From Candidatus Bathyarchaeia archaeon (GTDB lineage Archaea > Thermoproteota > Bathyarchaeia > Bathyarchaeales > Bathycorpusculaceae), in assembly GCA_038880555.1 (NCBI GenBank), contig JAVZRN010000002.1, forward strand, positions 223,264 through 287,263: a DNA stretch of 64,000 nt, given 5' to 3'. Below are positions 42,638 to 51,695 of this stretch, one piece after another (position 1 is the first letter of the stretch; each line of letters opens with the position of its first letter). The notes beneath the pieces were generated by a model, which searched no databases, was not told where the DNA came from, and saw only the letters and a list, made by a program, of their open reading frames with translations. The translations under genes and the position numbers were made by a program.

Positions 42638-43063
42638 TGGGCGAGGCTAAAATCACCTTGGGTTCTTCATTTTAATTCTGGAGCATGCAACGCTTGCGAT
42701 ATTGAGGTTGTCGCCCTTTTAACGCCTCGCTATGATGTTGAACGTTTTGGAATATTACTTGAACCTTCGCCAAGACATGCTGATGTTCTATTAACCACTG
42801 GTGTTGTCACCCGCCAATGTGCGGATAGATTGAGGCGTATTTATGAGCAGATGCCTGAGCCTAGATTTGTTGTTGCCATAGGTGCGTGTGCTTGTTCGGG
42901 CGGAGTGTTTGAAGGAAGTTACAATGTGATTGGCGGCGTTGATAAAGTCATTCCGGTCAATGTTTATATTCCGGGATGTCCACCAAAGCCAGAGGCGATA
43001 ATTGACGGTATTTTAAAATTGCTTGTTTCGCTCAAGGAGGCAAAGCATGTCGATAAACATTGA
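42638..43063 (+). CDS. [NiFe]-hydrogenase small subunit / NuoB-like (MbhJ-like)
   Basis: My own translation gives [38 protein letters not shown]...[12 protein letters not shown]...[10 protein letters not shown]...PGCPPKPEA. The ORF track lists only the last 77 codons (42830..), but the frame is open from ATG 42638. Confidence 0.85.
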   Translation, partial: [141 protein letters not shown]

Positions 43064-44636
43064 TGAGATTTTGAAAGCCTTAAGCGATGCGCTTAGGGAT
43101 AGGATACTCCAAACTAAATCTCTGCGTCCCGAAAAAACATGCATCCAAGTTGAGGCTGGAGCCCACAAAGACGCTGTAAAAGTTCTACTTAAACAGGATG
43201 GAAATGCAGGTATTTCCGCAATTACGGGCGTTGACCTCGGCGAAAAGATTGAGTTAATGTATCACATTCGCATCTGTGGCACAATAATTACCATCGGAAC
43301 CATTGTTTCAAAGGAAAATGCAAAGATTGAAAGCATAACGGACCTAATTCCTGGAGCGAATTTCCATGAAAGGGAAGTATCTGACCTTTTTGGCGTAACA
43401 TTCGAGGGACACCCAAACCCGAAGAGACTTATTCTTCCAGAAGACTGGCCGGAAAATGTTTTCCCGCTTAGAAAGGATGTCACAGCTGCAAATTTTCAGA
43501 GCAAAACACAGATTTCTGGGGCTTCAAAGGATCATGAGCGAGTTTCCAACGGTGAAAAGCTAGTAAACATTGTGTTAGGGCCTCAGCATCCTGCCTTGAT
43601 AGAGCCTGAAAAGTTTTCTTTGAAAGTTGACGGGGAAATTGTTAAGGAAGTTGCGCCTAGGATTGGCTATGTTCATAGAGGTATTGAGAAGGCTGCAGAA
43701 AGTCGCACTTACTTGCAGAATATTTACTTGGTTGAGAGAATATGTGGCATATGTAATGCTTGTCATGCTACCTGTTTTTGCCAGACGGTTGAGGCAATAA
43801 TGGGTGTGAACGTACCGCCTAGGGCTAGGTATTTGCGCACAATAATTTTGGAGTTGAATAGGATTCATAGTCACATGCTTCTTTTGGGTCATGCTGGCTT
43901 AGAAATTGGGTATGAAACCCTATTCCATTATATGTGGCGCGACAGAGAGCCAGTGTTAGACATTATGGAGGAGCTTACTGGCAATAGGGTTATCACATCA
44001 TTCATCACCATAGGAGGCGTTAGAAGAGACTTAAAAGAAGAGGCTATTTCAAAAATTAATGCGGGATTGGCAAGCTTAAAGAAGAAAATGAGTTTTTATA
44101 GGCAACTTTTTGAGAATGATTCAACATTAAAAATGCGAACAAGAGATGTTGGAGTCTTAAGCAAGCAAGACGCGTTAAAATTGTGTGTTGTTGGTCCTGT
44201 GGCGCGGGGGTCTGGTGTGGATATGGATGTTAGAAGGGATGAGCCATACGCAGCTTACAATGAAATACCTTTTAGGGTTATCACTTATGATGAAGGTGAC
44301 GCTTGGGCTAGGCTTATGGTTCGTTTAGGTGAGATTGTTGAAAGCATTAACATAATACAATATGCCCTAGAACATTTGCCAAGTGGCCCTTACAGAATCA
44401 AGGTGCCAAGGATTGTGCCAGCAGGTGAGGCTATTGGGCGTGTTGAAGCGCCTAGGGGGGAGTTGTTTTATTATGTGAAAAGTAATGGAACAGCGTATCC
44501 CGAACGTGTTAAGGTGCGCACTCCGACTTTCGCTAATATTCCAGCTTTCGTTAAGATTGCCGAGGGCGGTAATATTGCAGATGTGCCAGCAAGCTTTGTC
44601 AGTCTCGATCCATGTTTCTCATGCACAGATAGATAG
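43047..44636 (+). CDS. Fused NuoC-NuoD-like subunit = group-4 [NiFe]-hydrogenase large subunit with intact metal ligands
   Basis: The NuoC part is FHEREVSDLFGVTFEGHP...PLRKD. The large-subunit part has RICGICNACH (N-terminal CxxC) and DPCFSCTDR* (C-terminal CxxC, ending 3 residues later). The ATG 43047 follows AGGAGG. Confidence 0.9.
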   Translation: MSINIDEILKALSDALRDRILQTKSLRPEKTCIQVEAGAHKDAVKVLLKQDGNAGISAITGVDLGEKIELMYHIRICGTIITIGTIVSKENAKIESITDLIPGANFHEREVSDLFGVTFEGHPNPKRLILPEDWPENVFPLRKDVTAANFQSKTQISGASKDHERVSNGEKLVNIVLGPQHPALIEPEKFSLKVDGEIVKEVAPRIGYVHRGIEKAAESRTYLQNIYLVERICGICNACHATCFCQTVEAIMGVNVPPRARYLRTIILELNRIHSHMLLLGHAGLEIGYETLFHYMWRDREPVLDIMEELTGNRVITSFITIGGVRRDLKEEAISKINAGLASLKKKMSFYRQLFENDSTLKMRTRDVGVLSKQDALKLCVVGPVARGSGVDMDVRRDEPYAAYNEIPFRVITYDEGDAWARLMVRLGEIVESINIIQYALEHLPSGPYRIKVPRIVPAGEAIGRVEAPRGELFYYVKSNGTAYPERVKVRTPTFANIPAFVKIAEGGNIADVPASFVSLDPCFSCTDR

Positions 44637-44647
44637 GAGGATGCAGA

Positions 44648-45637
44648 ATGAGTTTTGATTTGGAGTTCCTGTTTCGTGTGTTGATTTTTCCAGGCTTCAC
44701 TTTCATTTTATTTTTCACGATGTTTTGCGATTGGGTTGAAAGAAAGATTGAGGCGCGGATGCAGAATAGGATGGGACCTACATATACTGGTCCATTTGGC
44801 GTTTTTCAACCATTTGCTGACTTTGTCAAGCTTTTGACTAAGGAGGACATTGTTCCATTTAATGTAAAAAATTTCGCTTTCAAATTCACTCCGATTTTCT
44901 CTTTCTCGATTTTTGTCTTCTCATTTGTCTTCTTGCCAATTGATGGGGCAAACATTATTTTTAATTCAAACTTTGAAGGTGACTTAATTATTGTTCTAAC
45001 ATTAGTTTCAATTGCCAATTTCTTTATTTTCCTTTCAGGGTGGTCTTCGATGAACCCTTACAGTGCAATAGGCGCTACAAGAGTTTTGACTCAGTTTTTG
45101 GGTTATGATATTCCTCTTTTCATTCTTGCATTGGCTCCAGCTTTTTTGGCTAAAAGTCTTAGCTTTTCAGTTATTGCTGCTAATCAGAATGTGCCATTTG
45201 TCTTCATGATTCCATGGGCTTTCGTGCTGTTTATTATTACGCTTCAAGCGGAGTTGGAGAAAGACCCATTTGATGTTCCGCACGCTGAGACGGAGATAGT
45301 TGGTGGATATGAAACTGAATATACAGGTAGAAGATTGGCTTTTCTTAAACTTGCTAAAGATGTGCAAATAGTGCTTGGAGCGGCCATAGTCGTTGAACTT
45401 TTCTTAGGCGGCCCTTACGGACCAACTTTTTATGGCCCATCTGCCTTTTGGTATACGTTGTGGTTTACGCTTAAACTGCTCGCGGTTGTGGCGCTTACAG
45501 AGTATTTGAAATGCGTTTTTGCGAGATTGCGTATCGATCAAGTGCTTGTTGTCAACTGGAAAGTGCTTCTGCCTTTGGCGTTTATTTCTCTTGCTGCGGC
45601 TGTTGGCGTGAGCTTGTGGTTTAACTTGTTGAGGTGA
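44648..45637 (+). CDS. NuoH/HycD-like membrane subunit
   Basis: ERKIEARMQNRMGPTYTGPFGVFQPFADFVKLLTKED. Confidence 0.85.
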   Translation: MSFDLEFLFRVLIFPGFTFILFFTMFCDWVERKIEARMQNRMGPTYTGPFGVFQPFADFVKLLTKEDIVPFNVKNFAFKFTPIFSFSIFVFSFVFLPIDGANIIFNSNFEGDLIIVLTLVSIANFFIFLSGWSSMNPYSAIGATRVLTQFLGYDIPLFILALAPAFLAKSLSFSVIAANQNVPFVFMIPWAFVLFIITLQAELEKDPFDVPHAETEIVGGYETEYTGRRLAFLKLAKDVQIVLGAAIVVELFLGGPYGPTFYGPSAFWYTLWFTLKLLAVVALTEYLKCVFARLRIDQVLVVNWKVLLPLAFISLAAAVGVSLWFNLLR

Positions 45638-45643
45638 AAGTGA

Positions 45644-46018
45644 ATGGCTAAGTTATCGCCAATTTTGAAGGAAGTGCTTGCTCACTTTTTCAAGAAGCCT
45701 GCAACTCGAAGATATCCAGAAGAGAAGCCTTATGTTCCCGTTGGTTTCCGGGGCAGGCAAATATTTGACATTAATTTGTGTATCAGTTGTGGGTTATGTG
45801 CTAGGGATTGTCCTGCAAAGGCTATTGAAATGGTTGAGGTTGATGGAAAGTTAAGGCCTCTTTTTCATCTGGACCGCTGTATATTCTGTTATCAGTGTGC
45901 TGAAAGTTGTCCCAGAAACGCTATTAAAAGTTCGGAAATTTTTGAGTTGGCCTCAACAAATAAATCCGATTTGGTTGTAAAGCCTAAAGCAAACAATGTG
46001 AGCGGAGGCTCTTTGTGA
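45644..46018 (+). CDS. NuoI-like 2x[4Fe-4S] ferredoxin subunit
   Basis: CISCGLCARDCP and CIFCYQCAESCP. Confidence 0.85.
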   Translation: MAKLSPILKEVLAHFFKKPATRRYPEEKPYVPVGFRGRQIFDINLCISCGLCARDCPAKAIEMVEVDGKLRPLFHLDRCIFCYQCAESCPRNAIKSSEIFELASTNKSDLVVKPKANNVSGGSL

Positions 46019-46019
46019 A

Positions 46020-46484
46020 ATGATTATTGAGCTGCTTGCTGTTGGATTGGTTGTTTCAGCTTGTTTGGCCATTTATCTTGATGAAGCAGTGTATTCTGTT
46101 GCTTCTTTGGCTTGCATGTTTGTTTTAATGGCTTTTTTGTATGCTTTAAATGATGCTTTGTTTGTAGCTGTTTTCCAGTTGGCTGTTGGTGCTGGAACTT
46201 TGGCTGTTCTCTTCTTGGCTGGCGAAATGTTAAGCGCGAAACCAGAAAAGGAGAAGCCCTTAAAGAAAATTTTTCCAGTTGCCTTGCTTGCAATTGTTTT
46301 ATCTCTTCCATCAATTTTCTTATCTGTTTCTGTTACGCCAGGTAATGTTTCTCCAAGTTTTTCTTTTGCTGATGCACTTTGGAATTTAAGAGCTATAGAC
46401 GTGATACTGCAGGGGTTGGTTATAATGACCGTTGCTCTGGGCATTGCAATAGTCCTACATGAGCGAAATGATGGTGAAAGCTAA
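46020..46484 (+). CDS. NuoJ/MbhD-E-like membrane subunit
   Basis: FVAVFQLAVGAGTLAVLFLAGEML plus a C-terminal MnhB-like helix (RAIDVILQGLVIMTVALG). Confidence 0.65.
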   Translation: MIIELLAVGLVVSACLAIYLDEAVYSVASLACMFVLMAFLYALNDALFVAVFQLAVGAGTLAVLFLAGEMLSAKPEKEKPLKKIFPVALLAIVLSLPSIFLSVSVTPGNVSPSFSFADALWNLRAIDVILQGLVIMTVALGIAIVLHERNDGES

Positions 46485-48064
46485 TGGATTACATAATTTT
46501 GTCGGTTGTTTTGCTTGCCGTTGGCATTTACGGCTTATTGACCAAGCGTCACCTTGTTAAAGTGTTAATTTCCATTGAAATTATTGCTGTGGCAGCGTCA
46601 ATGAATTTTGTGCTGTTAGCCTCTTCTTTGAATAGAACTTTAGGCGAAGCATTTCTGATACTTGCTTTTTCCACGGACACTTGCGTAACCGCCATAGTAT
46701 TAGCTTTGCTGGTTATAGTCGTCAAAAAGTATGGAACGTGCGACATTAGAAAGCTGGCAGAAATAGAGCAGAGTGTAGATAAGGAGCAGACAAAATTGAG
46801 GCTGAGCAGTGAAAGATTCTTTGAAGTAGCAAAATATTGGGTGTTGCCCTTAATTTTAGGCTCTATAATTGGCTTAGCCATATTCCTCCTTGTCTACATT
46901 TACAAACTGCTAAATTATGCGTCATTTATTATTGTAAACTGGAATTCTTCATTTCTTTTAGCCTCAACAATTGTTGCGCTCCTCGGAGGATATTTAACAA
47001 TAAGACTGTGGGCGGAAAATAAAGAGTGCGGTTGCGGAACAGAACTTGTAATTGAAAGATACCATTTCAAAAACGGCATTGTTAGCTTGAGAGATACCAT
47101 AAGCAGAACTTTGGCTTCTGCGATAACCATAGGTTTTGGTGGAAGCGCTGGATTAGAGGGACCAAGTCTTTTGTTAGGTGGAGGAATCTCTTCGTTTATT
47201 GCTAGAAGGCTAAAGTTGGATCAAAAAGATGTAAAAACACTGTTTCTGTGTGGAGCAGCAGCGGGATTTTCAGCGATCTTTAAGGCTCCATTGACGGGGA
47301 TATTATTTGCCCTTGAAATACCTTACAAGAGAGATGTTGAAACCGAGGTTTTTATTCCAGCGTCTATTGCTTCTGTTACCGCCTATTTTACGTCCGCCAT
47401 AACCCTTGGAACAGAAACCATTTTTCCAACTCCAACATTTATTATACCAACTCTTTCCACCCTTATGCATGCAATTTTTCTAGGAATCCTAGCGGCGTTA
47501 GTTGCGTTGGCATTCATGGAAACCCTTCAAAGAACAAACAGCATAAGCAAACGGCTTGCCAGCAGACTTCCAATGTGGCTTATGACCATATTTGCTGGAT
47601 TAATTCTCGGTGTCATAGGCTTGCTTTACCCTGAAGCGCTTGGGCTAGGTTACGATTTCATTCACAAAATCGCCATGACTGAATTAGGAGAATTAACTTT
47701 GACAAATTTGACCGCACTTTTAATTTTAAAAATTGTGGCCACAAGCGTAACACTGAATTTCGGTGGAAACGGGGGGCTATTCATTCCATCGCTTTATGTT
47801 GGCGGCGCACTTGGGCTCATTTACGCACAAACTTTGAACCTTGAGACGCCTGTTTTATATGTCATATTATCAATGGCTGCAGTGCTGGCTGCGACGAGCA
47901 AAAGCCTTTTGACAAGTATAACTCTGGTGGCTGAAACTATGGGTCCAAGCTTTATAGTCCCCACCGTTATTTCAGCTGTTGTCAGTTATTTTCTTACGGG
48001 AAGCAGATCACTATATAAAAGTCAACTTGTAAATAAATTGCAAGCAAGGCATGTGCAATGCTAA
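46484..48064 (+). CDS. In-frame fusion: NuoK/MnhC-like 3-TM module (about 100 aa) + ClC chloride channel/antiporter domain (about 420 aa)
   Basis: The N-terminus LLAVGIYGLLTKRHLVKVLISIEIIAVAASMNFV is NuoK-like. ClC motifs follow: GCGTE, GSAGLEGPS (gating Glu context), AAAGFSAIFKAPLTG and GGLFIPS. There is no stop between the two parts. Confidence 0.8.
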   Translation: MDYIILSVVLLAVGIYGLLTKRHLVKVLISIEIIAVAASMNFVLLASSLNRTLGEAFLILAFSTDTCVTAIVLALLVIVVKKYGTCDIRKLAEIEQSVDKEQTKLRLSSERFFEVAKYWVLPLILGSIIGLAIFLLVYIYKLLNYASFIIVNWNSSFLLASTIVALLGGYLTIRLWAENKECGCGTELVIERYHFKNGIVSLRDTISRTLASAITIGFGGSAGLEGPSLLLGGGISSFIARRLKLDQKDVKTLFLCGAAAGFSAIFKAPLTGILFALEIPYKRDVETEVFIPASIASVTAYFTSAITLGTETIFPTPTFIIPTLSTLMHAIFLGILAALVALAFMETLQRTNSISKRLASRLPMWLMTIFAGLILGVIGLLYPEALGLGYDFIHKIAMTELGELTLTNLTALLILKIVATSVTLNFGGNGGLFIPSLYVGGALGLIYAQTLNLETPVLYVILSMAAVLAATSKSLLTSITLVAETMGPSFIVPTVISAVVSYFLTGSRSLYKSQLVNKLQARHVQC

Positions 48065-49428
48065 AGTTGAATGTTCAAGTTTAAATTTATGAAAGTAAGT
48101 TCCATCCATAAGACTAGGGATGCTACGGTAACCTCGATAACTGATACGACTGATCCGACTTTCAAATAGTCTCTAAGCCTTATTGTAACGCCTTTTCGGC
48201 GCATTGTTTCAAGCCACATTAAAATTGCTAAAGATCCAAGAGGGAAAAAGTGTGGACCCAAGTTGTTTCCGATAATGTTTGAAAATATTAGGCCTGTGAG
48301 GCTCTGTGAGTTTAGGCTAACGTTGCTTACTGCCTGCCTTATCGATAAAAGGCCCAAGATGGTCATTGGCCAGTTGTTCATGGCGCTTGCGCCAATCGTT
48401 ACTATCATGCTTGGTGCAAGCACTGATAGAAACAGCGGCAATGAAAGAGTTTTTGTGAAGAGATATGCAAAGAATTCTACAGCGCCAGTATGTCTTAATC
48501 CTTGAACAACTAGGAATATGCCTATCATGAAGAGCAGAATGTCCCAGTTAATCTCCTTTGCTAGGCTTTTTACGCCTTTGCGCTCTTCTTTCAATATTGA
48601 AGGCTTGTTTAAAGTTATTATGTAAATTCCTAAAAGAAAAAGTGCACCAGAACATATGACAATTGAAACTGGAAGCCTGTTCAAAGAGGCTAAAACATAG
48701 CCAACGTCAATTACAATCAAGGTTACTATGCTTATCCTCAAGAGCGTGGAAGTTATCAATTGCTCTCCAGCGTTTAAAGCTTCCACAAGCTCCATCGAAT
48801 AAGATTTGGGAACACTTTTTCTAAAAAAGGCGTAAACCAGAAGGAGACTGCTAATTATAGTGGCTATGGCTACTGGTCCCATAAAAATAACGTGGTCGAT
48901 GAAGCTGTATTTGAAAAAGTCTGCGCTCACAATATTTATTGGATTGCTTGTGATTAGTGGCATTGCAGCGGTGTCAGCAATGAGCCCAGCGGAGAAAAGG
49001 TAGGCTAGTCTTCCTTTAGCATCTATTTTAAGCTGACTGATGATTTCAAGAACTATTGGCGTTAGTATAAGCACGGCGCTGTCGTTTGCAAAAAGTATGC
49101 TTACACAAGCAGTAAGCAAGGAAATGTAAAAGTAGAGTTTTAAGCCGCTTCCGCCTGCCAATTTAACCACTTTTATGGCTGCCCACTTGAAAAATCCCAT
49201 GGCGTCTAACGTCACTGATAAAGTTACAATTCCAATAAAGGCTAAAGCGGCGTCCCAAATGTCAACAAAAGCCACAGCCGCATCGCTTAACGTTACTGTG
49301 CCAAGCAAAAGCGAAACTGCAGCGCCTATTCCGGCAGCCAAACCCAGACTTACGCCATGCGGGCGTTTAATCATCAAGAAAAGCGTTATTATGAAAATTG
49401 CCAGTGTAGTCACTGAATGGTAGTCCAT
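48061..49428 (-). CDS. ArsB/NhaD-superfamily (CitMHS-like) anion/ion permease
   Basis: 455 aa, about 11-12 TM, with the typical internal two-fold organisation. It converges on the ClC fusion with a 4-nt overlap. Confidence 0.7.
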   Translation of the reverse strand: MDYHSVTTLAIFIITLFLMIKRPHGVSLGLAAGIGAAVSLLLGTVTLSDAAVAFVDIWDAALAFIGIVTLSVTLDAMGFFKWAAIKVVKLAGGSGLKLYFYISLLTACVSILFANDSAVLILTPIVLEIISQLKIDAKGRLAYLFSAGLIADTAAMPLITSNPINIVSADFFKYSFIDHVIFMGPVAIATIISSLLLVYAFFRKSVPKSYSMELVEALNAGEQLITSTLLRISIVTLIVIDVGYVLASLNRLPVSIVICSGALFLLGIYIITLNKPSILKEERKGVKSLAKEINWDILLFMIGIFLVVQGLRHTGAVEFFAYLFTKTLSLPLFLSVLAPSMIVTIGASAMNNWPMTILGLLSIRQAVSNVSLNSQSLTGLIFSNIIGNNLGPHFFPLGSLAILMWLETMRRKGVTIRLRDYLKVGSVVSVIEVTVASLVLWMELTFINLNLNIQL

Positions 49429-49644
49429 GGTTATCAGCGATGCAGACTTTATAGCTCATAATAAAACTGTTTCGTTATTAATTGTGCAATTTTATGAGTA
49501 AAACTGCTTAATCTCCGCCTTATGCCAGACAAAATTTAAATTGTTGACTTTTATATCTCAAAAGGCTGGTTTAAAATGGGTTAGGAAGGCGTAAAACACG
49601 AGAGGCATACAAACGAAACTGAACGTTGCATTTGAAAAAGTGGG

Positions 49645-51684
49645 ATGATGAGTTTGTTTCCATATGCGCCTTGGCTCGTTTGGGCATTTCCAATTGTTTC
49701 CAGTCTGCTGGTTCCATTAATTGCACGTTTCAGCAAGAGAGCTAAAGATTACTTCGCCGTAGCCGTGTGTTTAATCGCCTTAATATTCGCTTTTTCCATG
49801 GTTCCCGACGTTTACTTTAACGTTTTGGAAAGCTCTAATTTGACAGTGTATTGGATTCCATCTTTAAGCATTAGCGCAGGTGTATATATTGACCCATTAA
49901 GCGTTTTGCTTGCATGTCTGGTTACGTTCTTCGGTCTTGTGATAACAGTTTATTCTTTGGGTTACATGGCTGGCGAGGAAGGCTTAACACGATATTACTT
50001 TTTCATGCTTCTCTTTATAGGCTCGATGACAGGTTTGGTTATGTCGGACAATTTCCTTCAAATGTTCATATTCTGGGAGATGGTTGGACTCTGTTCCTAT
50101 TCGCTTATTTCCTTCTGGTATAAACGCCCCGAGACAGTTCGTTCAGCCACCAAAGTTTTCCTCATGACTCGTGTAGGAGACGCTTGCCTCTTAGCGGGAA
50201 TATGCATCCTCTACGTAAACTTGGGCTCATTCTCCTTCTCTTACATTATAAATAACATAGGAAATGTGCCAATGCGGCATTTAACAGCAGCAGCCTTTCT
50301 AATGCTCGCCGGAGCTGTCGCAAAATCGGCTCAGCTTCCGCTTCACACATGGCTTTACAGCGCCATGGAAGCACCTACATCCGTAAGTGCGCTTCTGCAC
50401 TCTGCGACGATGGTTAAAGCAGGAGTTTACTTGATTGCCAGATTAATGCTCTTGTTTGGCGCTTTAACGGCTTTAATTCCCATGTGGTTGCCATCAATCC
50501 TTTGGATTGGCGTAATAACAGCGTTTATCGGCGCTACTTTGGCTTTATCTGCAACAGACATTAAGGGTGTGGCTGCTTACTCCACAATAAGCCAAATAGG
50601 TTTTATGTTTGCAGCTTTAGGCACAGCATCTTTCGTTCCATCGGCTGGCTGGTTTGCAAGCTTACTTCATCTAGTAAGTCATGCGCTCTTTCAAGGTCTT
50701 GACTTTCTCTTGATAGGCGGAATCATCCATGCAACAAAAACACGCGATATGCGATTGATTGGAGGATTAAGAAAGGCAATGCCTATAACATTTGCATTCG
50801 GCATTATTGTATTGTTAGCTCGCGCTGGAATACCTCCATTCATAAGCTTTTTCAGCAAAGAACTAATCTTCCAAAGCGTTCTATCGTCAGGAAACTTGCA
50901 TGCCGCGCTCATACTTTATGTTTCCACAGCAATTACGTTTGCCTACACGCTACGGGTTGTCACACTTGTATATTTGAGGGAGAAATCAGAGTATTTGAGT
51001 CAGATTCACGTGCATGAAGCGCCAAAAATAATGCTTTTCTCATCTGGAGTTCTCGCAGTTTTCTGCGTTATATTTGTCTTGTTTGGAAATGAAATTTCAC
51101 AATTCATGCATGCTAATGTGGAAATAGGCTTAGGTGAAGTGTTTAACCCGTCAACTTTGATTTTTCTCTTCACACTTCTGATGGGAGGATTTCCGGTGTA
51201 CCTTACATACTATAGGAAACTCTCGTTGCCAGAACAAATAAGGCCGTTGCGAGGTTCCATAAACAAAGTTTTGGAGAACGGTTACTTCTTTGACGCTCTA
51301 TATGAAAAGGTGATTCCTCGTGGGGTCTGGCTGCTTTCATCAAGTCTTAAGCGTGCGGAATCATCCTTTTTTGGACGGTTACCCCAATTTATCGCCAATG
51401 GTATTATACGATTTTTCAGAATTTTTTATGAGCATGTTGAAAAATCCTTCTTTAATCGTCTGCCTTATCTTTTTGCAAATGGAGTTATGAATGTGGCTCA
51501 TGGAACCCGGAAGTATTTAGACATTCTTGCCGACGAACTTTTATATATTGCAACTAACAAGACTCTGGCTTCAGCATCTAAAATAAGAAGAGTGCGGTCT
51601 GGCTCCTTAGAACATTATGTGGCAGCAGCCCTAATCGGCTTTTTAATAATCCTTATACTCATGATAGTTACAATGCTAAGATAA
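49645..51684 (+). CDS. NuoL-like antiporter subunit with a C-terminal lateral-helix region and terminal TM
   Basis: WEMVGLCSYSLISFW, GAVAKSAQLPLHTWL and a long amphipathic C-terminal segment followed by the last TM (AALIGFLIILILMIV). Confidence 0.85.
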   Translation: MMSLFPYAPWLVWAFPIVSSLLVPLIARFSKRAKDYFAVAVCLIALIFAFSMVPDVYFNVLESSNLTVYWIPSLSISAGVYIDPLSVLLACLVTFFGLVITVYSLGYMAGEEGLTRYYFFMLLFIGSMTGLVMSDNFLQMFIFWEMVGLCSYSLISFWYKRPETVRSATKVFLMTRVGDACLLAGICILYVNLGSFSFSYIINNIGNVPMRHLTAAAFLMLAGAVAKSAQLPLHTWLYSAMEAPTSVSALLHSATMVKAGVYLIARLMLLFGALTALIPMWLPSILWIGVITAFIGATLALSATDIKGVAAYSTISQIGFMFAALGTASFVPSAGWFASLLHLVSHALFQGLDFLLIGGIIHATKTRDMRLIGGLRKAMPITFAFGIIVLLARAGIPPFISFFSKELIFQSVLSSGNLHAALILYVSTAITFAYTLRVVTLVYLREKSEYLSQIHVHEAPKIMLFSSGVLAVFCVIFVLFGNEISQFMHANVEIGLGEVFNPSTLIFLFTLLMGGFPVYLTYYRKLSLPEQIRPLRGSINKVLENGYFFDALYEKVIPRGVWLLSSSLKRAESSFFGRLPQFIANGIIRFFRIFYEHVEKSFFNRLPYLFANGVMNVAHGTRKYLDILADELLYIATNKTLASASKIRRVRSGSLEHYVAAALIGFLIILILMIVTMLR

Positions 51685-51695
51685 GAGGCGAAAAA

